From positions 1,792,001 to 1,856,000 of the forward strand of contig OZ244922.1 in assembly GCA_965221905.1 (NCBI GenBank): DNA of 64,000 nucleotides, written 5' to 3'. The notes beneath the pieces are model-generated. The model was not told the DNA's origin. It was given only the letters and a program-made list of their open reading frames with translations, and made no database searches. Position 1 is the first letter of the stretch. Every line of letters starts with the position of its first letter. Source of the stretch: Chloroflexota bacterium (GTDB taxonomy: Bacteria; Chloroflexota; UBA11872; VXOZ01). Position numbers and translations under genes: made by a program. Below, in pieces: positions 60,140-64,000 of the stretch.

Positions 60140-60922
60140 GTGACCGTTGAGAAGATTGGTTTGCGGCGCAGAATTGCGCGGAATGAGACGTTGTATGGAG
60201 TATTCGTGGATGCGCCCACCATCTCGCACGTGGAGACGCTGGCGATTGCAGGCTTCGACTTTGTCATTCTCGATCAGGAGCATGGGCACATCAACGCCGA
60301 GAGTCTCGTTCATCTCGTGAGCGCCTGCGACCACTTTGGCATTGCGTCCATTGTCCGCATTCCCACGCTTGCATCCTGGCTGATTGGCCCCGCTCTTGAC
60401 TGCGGTTCGTCCGGCGTTCAAGTGCCGTTCGTATCTTCCGCAGCCGAGGCCGAGGCCGCGGTGGCTGCCGCTCGCTTTGCGCCGGATGGTGCGCGCGGGG
60501 TGCACGTATTTCTGCGAGGGGGTCAGTACGGCGCATTGGGCGCTGAGGGCTTTTTCCAGGTTTGCAATGAGAACCAAGCCGTTGTGCTCCAGGTCGAGGG
60601 TACGCGCGGTGTGGAGAATCTGGAGGCGATCGCCGCCGTGCCCGGCTATGACTCAATATTCATTGGACCGTACGATCTCTCCCAATCGCTCGGCGTGGCG
60701 GGCCAAACCGGTCATCCTCGGGTGGTCGAAGTCATCGAGAGGTCAGTGGCGCTCTGCCGGAAGCATGGCAAGGTGGTCGGCACGTTTGTAAACACGCCGG
60801 AGGATGCGGCAAAGTGGGCAAAGCGTGGGGTGCAAATGGTCTCCGTCTCGTGTGACACGAACATTTTCTATCGCGCTTGTACCGAATTGCGCCAGGCAAT
60901 TACCGAAGCTACAGGTACGTAG
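60140..60922 (+). CDS. HpcH/HpaI aldolase family protein
   Basis: LDQEHG, VRIP, LQVE, FIGPYDLS; AAGGAG RBS. Confidence 0.92.
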   Translation: MTVEKIGLRRRIARNETLYGVFVDAPTISHVETLAIAGFDFVILDQEHGHINAESLVHLVSACDHFGIASIVRIPTLASWLIGPALDCGSSGVQVPFVSSAAEAEAAVAAARFAPDGARGVHVFLRGGQYGALGAEGFFQVCNENQAVVLQVEGTRGVENLEAIAAVPGYDSIFIGPYDLSQSLGVAGQTGHPRVVEVIERSVALCRKHGKVVGTFVNTPEDAAKWAKRGVQMVSVSCDTNIFYRACTELRQAITEATGT

Positions 60923-60997
60923 GCGGCGGAGCTTAGGGAGTGAGTTGCCAGGGTAAGGACAAACTAAGCAGTGCATTCACCCTGGGTCTCTTGAATT

Positions 60998-61185
60998 CCG
61001 TTCATGGTTCGACAAGCTCACCACGAACGGGCTTGTGAGTACAGGCGCTCTGGTTGTGATCCGTGTACGACATGTTCACCGCGAGCGGGCTTGTGATGTC
61101 TACGGGCGCTCTGGTCATGATCCGTGTACGACAAGCACACCGCGAGCGGGCTTGTGAACTCTTCAAGTGCTCTGCTTGGTTCGTA
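60998..61185. repeat. about three degenerate tandem units (58-61 bp) built on a REP-like hairpin
   Basis: CGACA..CACC.CGA.CGGGCTTGTGA starts at 61010, 61068 and 61129; first copy CCGTTCATGGTTCGACAAGCTCACCACGAACGG is an imperfect hairpin. Confidence 0.85.
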
Positions 61186-61219
61186 CTTGCACTTTCGATA
61201 GCACTACCGCGCAACAAAT

Positions 61220-61478
61220 TCCGTTCGCCCTGAGCCTGTCGAAGGGTGGCTCATGGTTGGAGGAGCCTACGACAAGCGGATTCAGGGGTTTCCAAGAGGG
61301 CTCTCGGTGAAGTGCTAAAATCCGTTCGCCCTGAGCCTGTCGAAGGGTGGCTCATAGTTGGAGGAGCCTACGACAAGCGGATTCAGGGGTTTCCAAGAGG
61401 GCTCTCGGTCAAGTGCTAAGATCCGTTAGTCCTGAGCCTGTCGAAGGGCGATTCACGGTTTAACAACCCCAAACGGAT
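61220..61478. repeat. 101-bp tandem duplication plus partial third unit of a REP-like dimer
   Basis: TCCGTTCGCCCTGAGCCTGTCGAAGGG at 61220 and 61321, variant at 61422; the two full units differ at 3 positions. Confidence 0.92.
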
Positions 61479-61509
61479 TGGCCTGTCGAGTTTTCCTTAG
61501 AGGGCCCAC

Positions 61510-62388
61510 CTAGAGTGGAATCTGCAGGAACTCTTTTCCCAGAATTATCTCACCGCTAAACTGGGAAGCTACCTCTGCAATTGCGCGTTCTGCCTGGCCT
61601 GGCTGTGGCGTGCCAAGCGTTTCGGCGCCAATGGCGCGGGTATGGTGCACTAAGACGAGGCGATTAACTCCGGCTTCCTGAGCAACCCGACCTGCGGAAA
61701 TCGTCCCCAGATTAGAGTCACGTTCCTCTTCCCGCACTAGCGAACGAGACATATGGCACATAGCAACCAAGGTGTCGGCGCCTTTAGCTAACTCAATTAG
61801 ACTTCGACCTGGGCCGGCATCACCGGTGAAGACGATTGAACCCTCATCGCCATTAAGACGGTATGCCAGCGATTCCAGCCAGGGTTGAACGTGTTTGGTG
61901 GCGGCGCAAACCACCTCCCAGCCGTCGCCGTTGCACACCACACCGGGCCCAACGTCTTTCACGGCTACGATCGGCGGCGTGCGCGGCAGCACGCCGCCTC
62001 GTTGCTGGAAGCCGCGTACGCTTACAGGGTGGTTGATCCTTGCCATGATGTCGGGTGCAAAAGCGCCTGTGTCAGGGTCGATGAGGCGCGCCGTAAGCGT
62101 TTCCGTGTACTCGGGGCCAAACACCTGCAACCGGTCTACCTCACCGTAGCCCGTATCCCAACGCGAGAGAAGAAAACCGGGGTAGTCCGCGTTGTGATCG
62201 TAATGGTGGTGGGTGAAGAAGAGGTGGCCGATGTCCGCCGGTGCCATACGCATCTTGAGCAGCTTGTACGTTGTTGCCGGCCCGCAGTCGAACATCAGGT
62301 GATTTTCGCCAAAGCTCACCACGTAAGAAGAACCGTACTGCGTGGCGCTTAATCCGGGAGTGCCTGACCCCAATATTGTCAATCGCAT
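61510..62388 (-). CDS. MBL-fold metallo-hydrolase (RNase Z/arylsulfatase-like)
   Basis: LGSGTP, FDCG, THHHYDH, FTGD, LVHH. Confidence 0.9.
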   Translation of the reverse strand: MRLTILGSGTPGLSATQYGSSYVVSFGENHLMFDCGPATTYKLLKMRMAPADIGHLFFTHHHYDHNADYPGFLLSRWDTGYGEVDRLQVFGPEYTETLTARLIDPDTGAFAPDIMARINHPVSVRGFQQRGGVLPRTPPIVAVKDVGPGVVCNGDGWEVVCAATKHVQPWLESLAYRLNGDEGSIVFTGDAGPGRSLIELAKGADTLVAMCHMSRSLVREEERDSNLGTISAGRVAQEAGVNRLVLVHHTRAIGAETLGTPQPGQAERAIAEVASQFSGEIILGKEFLQIPL

Positions 62389-62640
62389 TCCAGCCTCCGG
62401 GAACGTGCGGACGTGCTGCTACGTTTAGTTGCTCAGTGATTCATTGCCTATAGAGCGCAACTCAGTTTCGCTTACTCTTACCGGGGTGAGACCTGCATTT
62501 CTCCGCAATTTCGGCCTACAGCCGCCGGCACGATGGCGGCAAACGACAGCTCTTGAAAAAACCCAGTGCGTAAGACCCCTGGGTCGAGAAGCTCGCAGCA
62601 AACCGCAGTTTGAGCAAAATGAAAAGGAAAGCCTCCCCTG

Positions 62641-64000
62641 TCAGCCTTTCCACCAAACGGTCCAGAAGTCAACCGGTTTGGCGGGGAACGTGATGTGAGC
62701 TTTCGTGCCGCCACTGGGCTCGTTTTCTATTTGGAACGTGCCGGACAACTCGTGGGTCACAAGTTGCTCGACGATGCTGAGTCCGAGACCAGCCTGCGTT
62801 TGCAGTGAAAAGTCTGCCGGTAAACCTTGCCCACCGTCCCACACGTCAACAGCAATTGTGCCGTTGTCTTGTGTTGCCGTAATGCGGATGCTCCCCGATG
62901 GAAGGCCGGCCAGTCCGTGCATTATGGCATTTGAAACAAGCTCATTGAGGACAAGGGCAAAGACGGTGGCATGCTCGGAGCCGAGTTTGATTGGCGCGGG
63001 AGCGATGGTGAAGTCTATCCGCTGGCTGGGAGGCACTATGTCTTTGAGGACGATCTCCATGATGCGGTCCGCAATTTCGCCAACCGTAGCCAAACCGATG
63101 TCCTCTTCCGAAAAGAGCTCATGCACTGCGGCGATGCTCTCGACGCGCGCCGCGCTCAGGCCCAGCAGGCTGGCCGCCTCGGGAGATTCGGCCCTTCGCA
63201 TCTGCAAGGAGAGCAGTGAGGCTACTGTTTGGAGGTTGTTCTTGACCCGGTGTTGTATCTCGCGCATGAGAATGGCCTGAGTCTCCAGCGCGCGTTGCGC
63301 TTCCTGATAGAGGCGCGCATTCTCAATTGCCAGCGCGGCGTCGTAGGCAAATGTTGAGACGAGCTGGATCTGTTCCTCGCTAAACTCGTGACGCTCCATC
63401 GTGAAAACACTGATGCCGCCGAGAACCTGGTCCCGAGCAATGAGTGGAACACAGAACAGGGATCGGATGCCTTCGGCCACAATCTGGGGATGTATTGCAG
63501 CGAGTCTGGGATCATTGAACGTATCTTCGACACGCTCCGGCGTACTATTCGAAACAGACCGTCCGATCGCTCCGTCTCCCACCTTAACCCGCATCGTCTT
63601 ACACTGTTCGCTGAGATTGTAATCCGCAATGATGAAGAGGTCATGGTCCTTTTCATCAACTTTGAAGATCGCAGCTTTGTCGGCGCTCGACAGTTCCGCC
63701 GCGTGGCGCGCAATCATCTCGAGCACCTGACTCAGGTCAAGACTTGAAGCAATTGACGCCCAAACGCCCTGCAGGGTTGAAAGTTGGCTCACTTTTTCGC
63801 TCAGCTTCTCATCAATTTGTATGTAGAGTCGTGCATTGTCAATTGCGATTGCTATTTGTCCGCACACAGTTTCAACGAACGCCACTTCCTCGCTAGAGAA
63901 ATGCCGTGGTTCTCGGTTCTGTAGGTTGAGAACGCCGATAAGCTTATTTACGGTGAAAAGGATGACGGGGACGGAGAGCATACTCCGGAATGCGTCCTCC
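62641..64000 (-). CDS. GAF-domain sensor histidine kinase, HisKA_2 (PdtaS/EutW-like); 5' end outside the window
   Basis: Two GAF segments (AIDNARLY, AIENARLY), H-box EIQHRVKNNLQ, NELVSNA, DGGQG, GLGL; frame is open to the window edge. Confidence 0.92.
   Translation of the reverse strand, partial: EDAFRSMLSVPVILFTVNKLIGVLNLQNREPRHFSSEEVAFVETVCGQIAIAIDNARLYIQIDEKLSEKVSQLSTLQGVWASIASSLDLSQVLEMIARHAAELSSADKAAIFKVDEKDHDLFIIADYNLSEQCKTMRVKVGDGAIGRSVSNSTPERVEDTFNDPRLAAIHPQIVAEGIRSLFCVPLIARDQVLGGISVFTMERHEFSEEQIQLVSTFAYDAALAIENARLYQEAQRALETQAILMREIQHRVKNNLQTVASLLSLQMRRAESPEAASLLGLSAARVESIAAVHELFSEEDIGLATVGEIADRIMEIVLKDIVPPSQRIDFTIAPAPIKLGSEHATVFALVLNELVSNAIMHGLAGLPSGSIRITATQDNGTIAVDVWDGGQGLPADFSLQTQAGLGLSIVEQLVTHELSGTFQIENEPSGGTKAHITFPAKPVDFWTVWWKG

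Noticed and set aside
60998-61478. CRISPR array
   Set aside because: The sequences between repeats are near-identical to each other rather than unique spacers; periods are about 60 and 101 bp; no cas genes in the window

Overview
GC-rich bacterial chromosomal window of mostly housekeeping genes, about 60 CDS. Gene content and protein style suggest Chloroflexota; this is inference, not a database result. I could not support any rRNA, tRNA, CRISPR array, integrase or transposase. Core genes include dnaA (not next to dnaN), trxA, hisS with yggS/yggT/yggU, htpX-pspAB, metG-tatD-prenyl synthase-menG, two FemABX-like genes, queG and nadBC. The dcw cluster is trimmed (mraZ-rsmH-ftsL-ftsI-ftsW-murC-murB-ftsQ-ftsA-ftsZ, without murE/murF/mraY/murD/murG/ddl). 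The best candidate for an undescribed system is a lower-GC, translationally coupled pair at 3043-4809: a DUF3696-type ABC ATPase with a non-acidic Walker B plus a PIN-like nuclease, resembling a minimal anti-phage or toxin-antitoxin module. Other leads are a divergent Lgt-like gene in a tight operon with nitrilase, aminotransferase and membrane spermidine-synthase-like genes; a perfect DnaA box overlapping the MraZ operator; an orphan HigA with a palindromic double promoter; and an amplified REP/REPIN-like array at about 61.0-61.5 kb. All calls come from reading motifs by eye; no searches were run.
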